Shown here in pieces: positions 36,532 to 50,907 of a stretch of DNA of 64,000 nucleotides. Each line of letters begins with the position of its first letter. Within the stretch, counting starts at the first letter, position 1. Where the stretch lies: NCBI GenBank assembly GCA_011109175.1, contig RDEW01000003.1, positions 1,311,528-1,375,527 of the forward strand. The letters are read 5' to 3'. The notes beneath the pieces were generated by a model, which was not told the DNA's origin, did no database searches, and saw only the letters and a program-made list of their open reading frames with translations. The stretch comes from Dicyema japonicum. Taxonomy: Eukaryota > Animalia > Dicyemida. The translations under genes were made by a program, and so were the position numbers.

Positions 36532-37124
36532 ATGTCTTCTGGATTCACTCAAGGTGTCAAATATGCGACTAAATTTTTCAAAAGGGAGCAGTTAAAACGA
36601 TTGACGTGGGTTGAACTAATTCGATTAAAGTTTAGCGGTTTTATGAGAGAAACAGGACTATTCACAAGCTTCAAATATTGACGTCAAGAAAAGCCCTAAC
36701 AAACTCAACACGTGTAAGAAAAGAAAAGAAAGAGTCAAGTAAAATGGTAACTACTCTCAACTAACCAAAGCTGTTTGAGACCCGTTTGCTGGGTGCCTGT
36801 TCAGAATTTAATGTCTCCGCCCATGACGTCCTTGAAGGTCTTTCTAGGGTATTTTGGTGACTTATTTAGTCAAATATTTTCATTGACAGAAAAATACTAT
36901 CAATTTTGGCAATTTATGAACCTAGAACATTCAAGGTTCACTTTTTTAAATATCATCTAAATTTAATTTATTGTTATTTTTCAAATTTATTTTTAAATTA
37001 TTTAATTTAATTATTTTAGACCCTGGTGGATGTCGGGTCTACTGCTATGATGAACAGTGGGACAAGTTTGTCTCATGTGCGAGGAATTACTGAAAATATT
37101 ATAAATAAGGACTTGCTTGGTTGA
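36532..37124 (+). CDS. MRPL20: Mitochondrial ribosomal protein bL20m (four introns)
   Basis: Spliced LFETRLLGACSEF...SNIFIDRKILSILAIYEPRTFKTLV matches L20 LWINRITAASQEH...[22 protein letters not shown]. Confidence 0.9.
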
Positions 37125-37389
37125 TGTGATAATAAAACTTACACATTCTTAACTTTTCAGTTATTTAATTTAAATTTTAATATTATGCATAAATTTTCTT
37201 CAATAGTAAGCATTTCTAGTTAGTGAGACCGCATTTTCGCACAAATGTTAAGAGTGGATGTGCTCAGTATGGCATCTCTCTTCAACTCTCCCTTTTTCTT
37301 TTTGTCATCAACAGCACGAAAGAAGGAAAATAAGTGAAAAATAGCTATTATTATTTTAATTTGAAAGACAATTATTTAACAAAGAAACA

Positions 37390-37760
37390 AATGTTAGTTA
37401 AGGAAGCCGGCTGCGTGGATCGCGAACGGGTTGATAGTTTCCCCTCCTAATCATGAGCCAGATGTTCTGGAAAACCAATTGTCTCGTTCTATGTTTTTTC
37501 TGTATTTCGAGGGGATTCAGAGCTGCTTTGTGACGATCTTTAGGATGGTCATTCTTTTAATCGCAGCATTAAGTTGGTTTCCAACATGTTTGGCGAAAAA
37601 GTCTCTGATCAAACATGACTCCAAGGATGTTAGGTGTGCTATTGACTGCAATAATCGGTATGTCACGGTCCGTTGGTTGTCCACAACCTTTTACTTGGAT
37701 ATCGCAGTCCCTTTTACTGACAATAAATAATGTTTTTTTATGTCTAATTTTGTACGAAAA
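37390..37760 (-). mobile_element. Diverged LINE 3' relic
   Basis: TPNILGVMFDQRL motif and GCCGGCTTCCTTAACTAA tail shared with copies near 28200 and 38930. Confidence 0.65.
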
Positions 37761-37922
37761 TAAATATTTTAACATCTGAGTATTAATGACAATAATTTCG
37801 TTTCCCTCCTCAAAAGAGACTCATCCAAGTAACTCTAATTTGGGTCGGACAAGATTCAAACATAGACAACAAAACTTCGTCCCTCTTTACGACCTTCAGA
37901 AGGGTGGTCTACCAAAACTTGT

Positions 37923-38024
37923 AGACACGTGAATTTAGTATTCTCAATCATGAACAGATAACAATTTTTTATTTTATAATTTTATATAAAAATATAAACA
38001 GTTATTAGAGAAATTCACGTGTCT
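37923..38024. repeat. 14-bp perfect inverted repeat flanking a 74-nt AT-rich spacer
   Basis: AGACACGTGAATTT (37923-37936) / AAATTCACGTGTCT (38011-38024). Confidence 0.85.
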
Positions 38025-38039
38025 GCCAATACTGAATTT

Positions 38040-38600
38040 CTCAATTACGTAAGCGAGTATCTGCCACATTCAAAAATTGGTTCTTAAAGATAAACACCGA
38101 CAAAAATCCTTACTTCTGGTGCTTTCAGAAAACTATTAAAAATATGGCGCTCATGTAAAAATTTCAGTGGAAAAATAAAGCCAAAGAAATACAAATGGTT
38201 TGTCATCCTAATTTATAATTGTGATACATGGGGGCTTGTCAAAAACGGCCATCGACAGCTTTCATCGCATCATGCTCCAAAGGCACTCAATAAACTATAT
38301 GCGATGAAGATAGTAATGAAAAGTTATACAAATTATGTAACACAAAACTACTGACGATGGATATCTACGATCGAGGTGGACACTGTTGGTCACATTTTAC
38401 AACCGAATCGTGTGATGGAGGAATATTTCTTCTAACAAGGAAGATTTTTCTGAGGAACACCCAGGAAAACTCTATAATCTGTGCTACATAAAGAATTAAA
38501 AGACATCGGAAAAAAAACTAAAAACTTGCGAAAAAGAGAGGACCTTGGATGAGACTTTACAACGGGAGGCAGGTGCGACACAAGGGAATCTTAATTGACT
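38040..38600 (+). mobile_element. RTE-like post-RT relic
   Basis: ILIYNCDTWGL, IDSFHR and RWTLLVTF-like segments with frameshifts. Confidence 0.65.
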
Positions 38601-41600
38601 TTTTGTTTTTATGTGTTTTTAGCGCTGCTCATAATGATAATTCACTGAAAGATTTTTGCTGAGAAACAAAGCTAGTCAACCGATCAGAATCCTCTCTTAC
38701 GAAGGGCATCCAGGTAAACCTGGCTCGTCTACGATGTGATCACCACCCCTCTTTTCCATCACACGTAAACTAGATAATATAAAAGATGTTCTTTGGTTTT
38801 TTTGCAACCTCTATCAAATCACTTTTTTGAACTAATACACTGTTCGTCTTCAATGTAAAAGTTAACCAATCTATAGAGGGACCGGCATTTGCTGAATCAT
38901 ACATATTAGCTGCTGTTCTACAAATTATCAAGGCCGGGGTTACTTAACTAACTAAAATGGTAGTTTGAATCAATTCTAAGTTTTCCTTATAATTTGAACA
39001 AACTAGTAATACAATTTAGTACATGGAAATAAAATTTTATATATACCACTTCATTGACGAATGAGGGCGTCATCAGTGATTCACCAGTGCGGAACCGGAT
39101 TATCTCAAGGACTCACAGGCTTACAATGGTAAGCCCAGCACAAAAAGTCATAAATAATTAATGAAGGAACCAAAGAGATAACCATCTGCTTGTGCCGACC
39201 AAATCTATCTTTCAATACTTCATTACAGGCTTCCACTTCCGAAAAGAGGTGGAGAAGTAGATCCACACTCTTCCATTTCGTCTTACCGTCGCGGACATCA
39301 CTTAATTCTTCAGCGGAATAGTTTTTATAATGTAATCCTCATCAAAGGATTTGCTCACTGACTCACATACAAGCAAAAAGAAAAGAACAAGAAGTAAGAG
39401 CAACTTCGATATCTTAGATAATGTCTTATTTAATTATCACAATTGTTTTTTACTTTTTAAATAAATTAATAAATAATAATTTAATTTTAAGCATAGTGCG
39501 ATTACAAACATTATTACTCTTTGGTGGATGGGCTTAATTATGCCACTTTCTTCTCCCCCTACAAATTTGGACTGATGACAACTCACCTAGAATCAGACTC
39601 GAAAGTGAGCAGATTTTTCAAAAAGTCTAAGCGACGAACCAGTCACCTTCAAAAAGTCGAGGATAAATATACCACTTCATTCAAGAGTAACGCAGGTCAA
39701 TAACCATGCTGAACTGTTTTGGATTGCTCATTGTGAAGTGAAGAGAGATAACCAAGAGAGGCATTGGGTTATCGAGCCTGCTCTTTACAAATCACTTGGG
39801 GAAATACGTTTACAACTCTAATAGCGGCTATTCTCGACTGAAAGGAACCTTTTAGTAATTATAGTTGTTTATGTATACTCCTATCGCACATGGTAACATT
39901 TTAATAAGGTGTCAATATAGTTAGTCCTATCTGACCTTTATCCTCCTAGAAGAATCATCGACCCACTACTTTTTCTTCGTTTCTTTGCGGAGATCAATCA
40001 ACTAAACTTGTTATCCGGTACTAAAAAGGCTAATCTTATGTTGCAATACACTAAACCACGTCAGAATGAGGTTCTAAGATTATTTGAAATTGTAAGCGAC
40101 ATACGATGCAGCGAACGTTACCACCACTCTATAAGTTCTTGTAATTTTTATACAATCCACCAAATCCTTCATATTTTACTTATTGGGAAGATACCACTTA
40201 GTCTCCATAGCACTTAGTCATTATGCCTTATATCAATCGGTTTTTCCCTCTTTCGCAAAGAATCGATAATTTTTGCAATCAAGTGATTATTTTTTTCCTT
40301 TAAATTGAATGTATTTGTTTAAATGGAATCAATAAAGTCAGCTATTATGAACAGATCTCCATCATGACCTTCGAGAATTGAGTACATGGGAGTTACTTCT
40401 CATAATCACTATTTCAATGTTCTAGAAAAGCCATCGTCTCATTCTAGACTCTCGCTTCCTCTGTCCTGCAAGACGATTGAATGGTTAATTGATCGGAAGG
40501 TTGTGACGAAGATGTGCATTCATTGCACAGAATGTCTACTTAGCTTATTGTGAATGAGAGCATTTGTCTTCTTTCTCATAAGTTTGGACTAAGAAAAAAA
40601 ATATAAAACTAGAAATTTTGAGTTAGCTACGATTGATATGGTCAAATTAAATAGTGACTGAAAATAACTAGTAATAGATATATACACTATGTATTTTAGT
40701 AATAACTCAGATCAAAGTGTTTTCTCGTACTTCAACGAGATCGCTTCTAAAATCATCAACGTTAATACTTCAATTTCAAAAATAATAACTACAACGAAAC
40801 AACATTAAACACGTTATGTTCAAATTTAATTAGTTAAAATTTTATTGGTTTTAATTTTAATAAATAAATAAAAGTTTCTTTTCCTCGAGTAGAAAAATAA
40901 TCTTAACCATTTATATTGTTTTGACCTGCATCAAGGTCAGCGGATCTTGGTTAATCATCTATTCTCTTTACCTATTGGTTCTCTGCTTGATAACAAAAGC
41001 TTTCATACCACGGTTGTCTTACACCTTGTGTTTGAAATAAGTGAGTTTTGCAGAAGTCGTTGGGAGAAAATTATTAACAGTTAAAGATTCATAATCTACC
41101 ACGAAAAAGGATTCAGAAAGGTTTTTTTCTAACTCTTAAACAAAACGAGCTCCGGAGAGCTGTTTCTACAAATAATGAATTTTTACCTCTATGGACAATA
41201 AGATGTGTAGACATTTGACGTATTGACGATCTTTGGTGTGGGATGCAAAATACGTCGACACCCTACTTACCTTATAATTGTCCTCGTCAGCTTGTGAGGA
41301 TTACAAACATGCCGACTGAGGAACTGAGAAAACTAAATAAATACTGTTTGTGTGACCGTTTCAGCTTTCCGCTATTTTCCGCTAAACCCATGGAAAGATT
41401 TCGACTATCGCTAAAACTACAATTGTCTAAATCGAAAATGCTATCAAGACTCTGTCATCAAGACACATAGAAGCAACCAGGGTTTCGACATTGTCCGTCT
41501 CCATTGTCTCTCGGAACTACTTACTCTTAAGGGAATGCGCTCTAAAGAACTACTACCGGGCAATAATAAATTCCAACTCAAAAATACAACTTGCTTATCT

Positions 41601-43470
41601 AAAATCGGTTTTTTCTTTAAATTAAGTATTTTTTAAATTACAAGGGTAAATTCAGTCACAAATTAATACTCGTTAAAGTATATAAACTTTAATAGGCACA
41701 ATAGACTTCCCTTCAATAGTCAGATTTTCGTTTCTATCAGAATTTGACTGAAAATTCTTTTCGGCGTTTTTGTCACTGGATTTTTCACGACTATTCCTTA
41801 CCGACATAGTCCATTCCAACCAGTGTCTTTTGGCCATTATTATACGCCTATATTATTGGTTTTATAATGAATTTAAGCTCTAGCTGTTCAAATTTTAAAC
41901 AATCAATATTACGACCATTAAAATCAATCACTGTTAACGTCAAGGGCGAAAGGTTCTTCTGCCCGTGGCGAGCGTATGATAATCATCCCTTTATAACTAA
42001 CTTAAAAAGTCCGGACTAAATAAATTATAAATTTTTCAGCATCGATTGATCGTTTTCCTCATGTTTTTTCTACACTCACATATCTAAGCAGTCTCTCAAG
42101 GCATCATTCTTAGGTTCTCTAAGCTTTTTCCTGAGGCGATTTTTAGCCCCGATGGGATGTATTCGCTTCGGATCAAATTAAAGGAAACCAATATAAACAA
42201 GAAATCAAAGCAGAAGACTGTAATATAGAAAAACAACCATCGCTTCGCATGTTGTGCTGCGCAAGCGTGAAATCATCGTCATAACAAGGAGAAGGTCACT
42301 GATAATGCTTTATCACGTAGAGCAATAAGGGAATTCAAAGAGAACACGCATCTGATATCGATCAAATCCAGTGTGCTCNNNNNNNNNNNGGGAATTCAAA
42401 GCGAACACGCATCTGCCATCGATCAAAACCAGTGTGCTTCAAGTCTTCATCGATGTCAATATAAAATTGTGATCACTAGCAGTCGATCTTGTCTATGAAG
42501 AAAAAACATGAAAAAAGTGAGTATAACGTAGTAATATGAACTATATGGTTTGGATCTGCTGCTCCCTACAGCGTGCTGCCCGGATACCCTACCCTATTTC
42601 ATCTATCTTAAATCTATCTACGTATTTTTTGCAGGTCATCACCTAGTTTCCAAGCAATTAACCACTCAACTTATGGAATTCATTAATAGAGTACAACCAT
42701 TCGCATATCTCATTTTGATTGTTTGATAAATTCATTATTAGGATTCTTATGACGACCACATTTAATTAGAACGAATAATTTTTAGAAAAGAGTTGCGGAC
42801 TAAAAAATTTTCTTAGGGATTTTCATATGCTGTGATATTTTATGGGGAATTCTTGTGCTTTTATGCAAGATTTATAACTAGTTTATGTTCAGTTGTATTA
42901 GATGGAAACTTTATGGAATGAGAGCTTTGCGTATAAGTTTGTTTACTTGAGAGTCAATAAATTCAATTATAAAAACATAGAAGCTATGATCTATATGGTC
43001 CCTGGGTTGATGAAAATCCTCTCGAATGACCAGCAGCTTCGTAAAGTTTTCTGAAGGGAGTGAGATAAGATTTCCAAGTTTAAAAAAAAGCGTAAGAGAA
43101 CAGTCTGAGAGTTATGAATGTTTCCACAGAAAAATGAACAAAAGTCAAATCACCAGAGAAATCAGCATACTTCCGAAATTTAGATGGAACAATCGAAGAA
43201 AAACTGTCGAGTAAAGTGTGCATCAAAAACATAGCAATAGAGATAGGAGCCAGATCAATATTCGACTAACAACTTGGTTAGCGTGAATTAATAGAAAAAC
43301 TTGCTTTTCAATTTTCGATAGCATAATATTTTAATAAGAAATATGTTATTTATTAGAATATTTAGGAATCTTAATTAACAAAATAATTAATAAAAATTTA
43401 AAATTACATTTAACTGTTGTTTGTCGTGGTTGGTTTTTTGTATATTATAAAACTAGTTATTCCCAAATAT

Positions 43471-46400
43471 ATGACAGAAACCGCAGACGGGGAACTCCAA
43501 CTATGCTTAACTACTGATGAGTACAACTATCTTCCTCATTCTATTAAAAACAAGCTTACAAATCTAGTAGATTCTAAGCTACAAGACATCGGAAAACTTA
43601 GGAAGACGTTCCTCAAGAAATTCATTGAAAAGGGTAAATTCAACTCAACATGAAAGAACAAAACTTGTTGGAAGCGGATTCCTTAACACGTGAGCAGAGA
43701 TATTCGACTCAAGGATTCCATAAGGACTTGGAAAGTTAGCAGTTTTAGCTAATTTTCAGAGGAGGTTGAGGAAATTCGCAAAATCACGGAAAAACTGACC
43801 TCGGAAAAGTACGAGTTGCTAGGAAAACTGGAAATAGTCGAAAGTGAGGGAATATCTTCAAAGGTAGTAATTTTACTTATAAAGTACCAAATTGAACGGT
43901 ACGAGACTGAGAAGACAAACCTTAGAAGTCAAGTTGAATATCTGCAGACTGAATTGCATAAAATGAACAGTGAGGTGTTGTCCTCTAAGCAGCAATACGT
44001 AGTTCGTTTGTATTACTGTAGAATATTGACTCCATGCACGTGAGGATTGAACTGGACGAACAGAAAAACCAGGTACTCTTTAGTATTTGCTTTATAATTT
44101 GGTTACCATTGTTAGAGTCGTGTTTGTATGAGTTTTAGCTATATGACTGATTTGTAGATGTTTGGTATTTTGGCGGTTATTTTCGGTCATTTAATTTTAA
44201 TCTATACATTTATAACCACTTAATAATAATAATTTTAGTGCATGTGTAGTTATTGACTTGTTTTAGTGTTATGTTGATCTTTTTATATTTTATAGTGTTT
44301 TTTGTTGTTATATTTATTATTAATTACTACTCAAACAACACTCATATTACATTCAGCCTTATGTTCCAACAGCCTTCTCAGCCATCATTTCCTTAATGCT
44401 CATTCGTACTGTGACAAATGAATTAGATTTTGTTATTTAATGTTTGTAGCAGGCGCTTTCACTTTAATCATAATACTTATACTCATGACACACTATGCTA
44501 CTCTATTGTTAGTAGACGATCTATTTAGTTCCATTTTCATCTGTTTTACTCTTTTTACTGTTCTTAGTTTATTAAATTTTTATTAATTTAATACATTATT
44601 AATTAATTAATAAAATGGAAAATTTTGTTATAATAGTTTCGATAATTTTATTTACCCTTTTATAAATTTTACATATTTTTGGTATTCCGCCTATTTTGCG
44701 TTATTTTTAACTAAAAATGTTCTATTTTGATGCTAATGTTTCAAATTTTACATATCATTCATGAATTTTTATGCTAGAATGCTTTACTGAGACAACAATT
44801 GGAGTCGATGAGGGTAAAATACGAAGGTTTAGAGAACAACTATGAAGATTGTGTTAAAAGGATGGCTGAGTCACAACAAATACAGAACCAGCTAGAACGT
44901 GTCTTTCATGAAGAACTCTCAGCGCAAAAACGACTATCTGACACTCTTCAGTCATCCTCCTATAATTTTCTGCAAACTAACCAGACATTATCCAATAAAC
45001 TGGCAGATTCACAGAATAGGTTCAAAAATCTTCTACAAAGTTACCAAATTGATTTATTTCAGAATACAGCCAACTCGAACACCATTCAGTCACAGAAATT
45101 CGAAATTTAAGGGAAAATATCCAAAATAAAGGTTTTGGTGGTCATTTATGTAGATTGTGAGATTGAAGAATTGACAGAGAGACTTAACACTGCGAATGAT
45201 TTAAGCGCCAAAATTGGTAAATTTGTTGCTTTATAATTAGCCATCTCTGAGGAGGAACTCTCTATGCTGTGCCCGACTGCATATGCCAGTCAAAATATGC
45301 TTAAATCCTCAAAGAATCTAACTGAGGTGGGTTTACCTATAACTCTAGATATATGCTGAATATTCTAATATTAATGAAGCCTTTATGAGAGAAAGAAGTG
45401 AGAATATTCGCCTGACAGAGTCTGTGTCGATACTAATGCAGGTTTGTACTTTAATTCCCTCTCATTACATGATCTGTTAATTTACTCTTTAATCTTGTTG
45501 TTGATATTTACAAATAATCATACTAACTCAATCTTGCAGTGTGACCGTAAGGCTGGCGGACGCTTTCCCTTTTTGATTTGTAAGGAAATGCCTCAATGAG
45601 CCAGCTCCTCTCTCGCTCATTTCCACTTTGTTACCTTTTATTAGCTTAAATTTTTCTGTCACGTTGATATTAATTTTATATCTAATTTTGCTGAATTGGA
45701 CTTTGTATTTCTTATAAATGTCATCTAATCAAACTTATTGTGCTTTTCTAGATTTCCTTAGCTTTATTAACTTTAATCTGTTGATAGCTTTACTTATGTC
45801 TCCCATTAAAATGGTCAGTGCTCATCCTCTTATTTCTTAGCGATTCTTATATAAACTTTTTCTTAGTTTTACTTTAGCTTTATGTTGGATTATTGCTATT
45901 ATATACTTTTTGGTCTCAAAGTTAATTTGTAGGAAGCTGAGGACAAGGCAATGCAGTATAAAGAAATTAAAGAGCATAATTCAAGACTAATGCAATCCAT
46001 GAATGAGACTCAAAGCAATATGGAAAACTACTTCCAAGTATATTTTTGCCTTATTCTAGCAATTACAACGAGCAAAGGCTAATGCTGATAAAGTGACTCA
46101 AATGAACGACAAAATGAAGGCTGAATGTGGACAATTTAAACACCAAAACAACGACTTGTCGCTCCAAGTGCGAATTCTTCTCAAACAAATCCACGAATTA
46201 CGTGGAGGAGAAGTCGTTAATGACATTGACGACTCGGAACCAGTCAGAGATAATTCTGTGGAACAGATTATAGCCGGAAATTTGGTAAAATTCAGGTTCG
46301 AATGATTTTTAATATAAGAACGATCGAGGAATTACAAACCCGAAATTTGCAGTTGCTGTCCATTGTGAGGTATATGAGTGAGGAACACGGGGAAACTGAG

Positions 46401-49400
46401 AAATATGAGGAAATGTTAAACGAGAGCAGATTGAGGATTGAAGAGCTGACCAAATCCAATGAAGAGTTATCCTCACTGAGAGTCCGGGACTCTGACTTGG
46501 TATTTCCGTGATTTTTACCTAAGCTGGATGTGATCTCCAAACAACGAGATCTCTACCACTCAATGCTTTCAAAATCTGAAAGTGTTCAAAATATGGACTT
46601 TTCCGTTCATTCAGTGAACGAGAGTGTTAAAAACACGTGTCTTTCATTGCATTCAATTGAAAGTATGATGATCAATGAAGAATCATTAGTTGACGCTCCC
46701 AACACGTGTATTGAAGACGGAGATGAGACTACAAGTCATCTAAGAGACCAATATGAACAAATCAAGCTGAGATTCGAGCAATATAAGGAGAATCAGTCAG
46801 AAAATGAAAAGTAGACTATAAAATCACATTTTAGAATATTACAAGAGGAAATTGACAGATTGCGGTGTATAAACATGGATCTTAAGCAAAGCAATGGAGA
46901 GCTGTCCTCTAGAGTATTATCCCACTAATAAAATAGCTTGAATTCCACATTATGAGATTTGCCACTATAGAAAACGACATTAAGTTGTATCAGGCGGATA
47001 TTGAGGTACTAAGGAGACAATATGAGGACAAACGAACACATAATGTACTCCTCGAAGAGAAAATCGGGAAATTGAACCAGGTTAGTGGCTCCATTTCTAT
47101 TGAAGGACATTAGTGATGTAAGAAAGCAGTTTGATGAAAGCAAACTGTCGGCAATTTCAGTCAATAACGAAAGAGATGGCCTTATCAGTGAAAATAATAG
47201 ACTTTTGTCTGAAAATTGTGCCCTTAGATCGCAGCAGAGGGCCTTTAGTTCCATTGCCAACGATATTCTACATATAAAGTCTGCTGTGGAAAGGTAGCTA
47301 TTGTAAACAAGCAGAAATGACTCTGATGATCGTATGGCTGTAGAAAAGAGAGTCCAAGATCTTTCCTTTGACTTGATGGAGTCGAGGAATCTCCTATCTA
47401 AAATTGACCGAGAAAGCTCAGCCGAAAAGGCCACTCTCTTGGTCGTGTTTAGTACTTATTACAGATAAGGACAGAAGAGCTTGAAAATCAACTAGCAGAA
47501 GTTGGAAAAGACCTTGAAGAAGCAAAGTCGACTATAATTTCGTATCAGAGTGAGGTTTTTGTTTATAAGTGACTCAAGATTGCTGCCTTGAGGATTAGAT
47601 TCGGTACTGAACAGGAGATAGGTTTGTTTGCCCCAATAATGAAAATAGGAGACATTGAGGGCGAAATGAGAGAGGAAAAGCTAAATATGACAAAGGAAAT
47701 CAAACTCCTCAGAGTTGAGTTGGAAGGTTGAGAAATGGAAGCAATTTAGGGACAAAGTCTCAGTTAAACAGCGCTCAGAACTCTGTCAGGGAGTTCACTA
47801 GCTTGGCAAACCAGTACGAGACCGCACTGCAAGAACAAACCAGCATTTGTAGGGAAATTGAACAAAATTATAGCTTAAAGGTCAATTCTCTACAAATCGG
47901 TGGATTATAATAACCATTTTAGCGCTAAAAAAGGCAGAGGATGAGCTTACCGTGGTTTCCACTAGCCTTTCTATCGCGGAGACCGAAAACCTTGCTAATT
48001 TGCAGAAACTAGAGGAATCTGTAGGAAATTGGATTTAACCTAGAAAACTCAGATGGAATCCATGAAGAATGAATATTCTCAAATATCTCTCCTAAAGGAA
48101 GACTTTAAAACCAGGGAGGCTGAAATGGTGGAGCTTCTTCGAACGAGAGATGAGATCATATGTCAGAGACAGGAACGTTACCAGGATGAAGTCAAGAGAC
48201 ACGCAGAACGGATATCAGAAGTGGAGGAACTAAAGAAAGAGGTATCTCAGTGATTTGACCTTCAGGCTGAGGTTACGACTGCCATGTCAGCCGATCTTCT
48301 ACTACAGTACAATTCTGTTAGGGAGGAGCTGAACAGTGTTAATGTATGCAATTTTTTTTACCAGCAGAGTCGAGTTGGACTGGAGAGGGATAGGCTGATG
48401 AGGAGTGTTGCTGACATGGAGGAGAGAAATAATGAATTGACTGAGATTAATGGTTCTCTTTTATTGCAATTGGAAGAGGTTGTGTCTGTGGGTTTAGTTT
48501 TAGGTGGTATCTTTGTCCGGTAAGGGTGGGACTTCTGAATATGAGGAATCTGCGCTTTTGGATAATCGGTTTTCTCCCGAGAAGTTGATGCAAGTGATTG
48601 GGTTAATTTTGTTTATTATTTGAAATTTATATAAATCAATTAAAGATAGCCAACTTATTAAAGTTATTTAAATTTATTATTATTTAATTTATTTAAAATG
48701 TTAATTTTTTTATTAAATTTAAATTAGATTATTTTTGTAGATTTTTACGTAAAAAGAAAGATTTAATATCGGCACAATATGAGCTATTATTGGCTGAGAA
48801 TAACCGTAATATGACGAACCTATCAATCGCCCACAAGGAAATAGAACTGTCACAAAAACGAATTTGTGAACTCAAGTCTACCATTGAGGTATCTTTATTT
48901 ATTAACCAGATTAACTCCCAACAAGTTTCCGAGTTCTTTAGGGTCAAGAAAGAACTGGAGGACCTTCAGGACGTCCTCAAACAGAACCGAATCCTGGTCT
49001 CTGAGAATAAGTCTCTCGAGGATGCTATCCTAAAGAAGTCATCAGAGGTATAAGCTGAATAACGTTCAGAATGAGAGACTTAGAAGAATCTCTGATGAAA
49101 AGGAAATGCTTGTTTCTCAGACTATGGCTCGCTGCCAGGCTTTAAAAAGCACTAATAGTCAGATTGTGAGCGAGAATGCCCGCTGGAGGACACGTGTTTC
49201 ACATTTGGTCAACGAAAACGAGGATTTGGAGCAGAATAGGCTAAAAGAGAAGATGTGAGTGATTCCTTTGACTTGTAGCTCCCAATGTGAGCACCTAGAA
49301 TCTGAAGTGGAGTCCCTTAGGCAGTGTTTACTGGACGTGAAAGCTGAGAATGCCGGTTTGACTGACGAAAGGCAGATTCTATCCCTGCGTGTTGAAGAAC

Positions 49401-50533
49401 TGATGGAATCGAGCACTTCCCAGAGGTTCTGTAAGTAAATGACTTTCAGTGCTTCAATCGAGGAACTCAATTCCAACAATGCCACTTTATCTGAGCACGT
49501 GGCTAAGGTATCTGTCAACGATTATTGTAGCTAAGGAAACTGGGTCGTGATTACAGGGATAAGTACGAGAAGCTTAGGAATGAAAGTGAGACTGAGAATG
49601 TTGAGAAGAAAATAGCTGTATTCTACCCACGTGGTGATTTGTAGGACGCAGTTACAGAATGTGAGGAGAAGGCCTTTAAGATGGTGGAATCTATGAATAG
49701 TCAGAATTCACTTTTAAGAGAAGAAATAATTCTTCTAAAAGATGCTGCTAAATCTCTTGAAGGTGAATTGGCGGGAATATTCGTAGAAAAACAGTCTGAA
49801 CTCCTCACACTTTTGGAGGACAAGCAGTGTCGCATCAACATCTTGGAGCTTTCTGTTTGGTCCTTACTTATTTTAGGTTAACCGACATGCCCTGAGTAAT
49901 CGTGCTACCACTTTCGAGGGAATTCCTGAAGCTCAGACTCTTCCAGTGGTAGCGGAATCAGACTTACCTGAGAAAAGGACTGTGGAAGTGGACAGGAATT
50001 AGTAAATTTGTAATTAATACTGCAGTGATGATAATCCACTACTATCGAAGAGACTAAAGATGATTCCTGAGGTTGTTGAGGAATGGGAGGAAGAAGAACT
50101 CGACTATGAACCTTCTGAGGGAGGTTTGCCTTGCTGGTGACGTTTTAGAACTTCCATGTTGTGAAGAAGTAATCGTATTTGATAGTGTGGTTTGTGAAGT
50201 CACTGATTTGTAGTGGGATACTGACCAGAATCCAGAATATGAGGGGGAAGCACCTGCTGAGAAGTTGATTAACCCCCCGAAAGAGGTAGGCAGGCTTTTT
50301 AAGCTGCTAGAATGAGGAACCTGTGATTGACTGTGTCGACGTGGAAAAGTTTTGGCGTGATTTTTGATTTTTAGTATCAAAGCAGAGGATGTTTGTACGT
50401 TTGTGGATCAAAGTGATAAGCCGCCTTTGAAGAAGGAGCGACGTTTGAAGATTTGTTATTTGTAGCTTTGAGGATTCCTCCACAAGATTGGAGAAGGGAG
50501 AGAGGACGGTTTCCTCGTTTAAAACGATTTTAA
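43471..50533 (+). CDS. TPR: Nucleoprotein TPR / Megator (nuclear basket coiled-coil), about 40 introns
   Basis: Continuous spliced frame with ISEEELSMLCPTA, NLTEIYAEY, LQVRILLKQI, IIAGNLVKFRTIEELQTRNLQLL and QVIGFLRKKKD, all characteristic of TPR/Mlp. Confidence 0.92.
45450..45880 (-). mobile_element. LINE RT relic inside a long TPR intron
   Basis: ILMGDISKA (DxxKAFD) and degenerate GVRQ segments on the reverse strand. Confidence 0.5.
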
Positions 50534-50907
50534 TTTTGTAATTTTTGTTACATTCGCTTAAATGTTTTAATCAAATTCTTTATTGACCTTTTTCTTAAAA
50601 ACTATTAAATATTTTATAGTCGGAGGAGTTAAGCATCTTCACTGACTTGACGCTGCCAAACACTCTGAGACAAGAGTATTTATGTTGATGATGTGTCACA
50701 AGTTATCTATATCTGAAGAGATCTCTTAGAGAAAATTAAGGAAATGTAGGAACATGTTGGCAGATAATGGAAATCTTTGGAAATGAGTTTTTCCTTAGAG
50801 AAAATTACTATGCGCATCTCAGAAATATAAGTATTGGAATTTACGCAGCACTATGGACGGTGTAAGAAATATCGAATTTTTTCTGATATTCCGGAGTCAG
50901 GCTTTAA

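Noticed and set aside
49139-49158. GC-AG microintron in TPR
   Set aside because: The frame reads through coherently (RCQALKSTNSQIV) and a 20-nt removal would break it.
47009-50380. Minus-strand ORFs within TPR (47009-47434, 49159-49518, 50054-50380)
   Set aside because: Antisense shadows of coiled-coil coding sequence.
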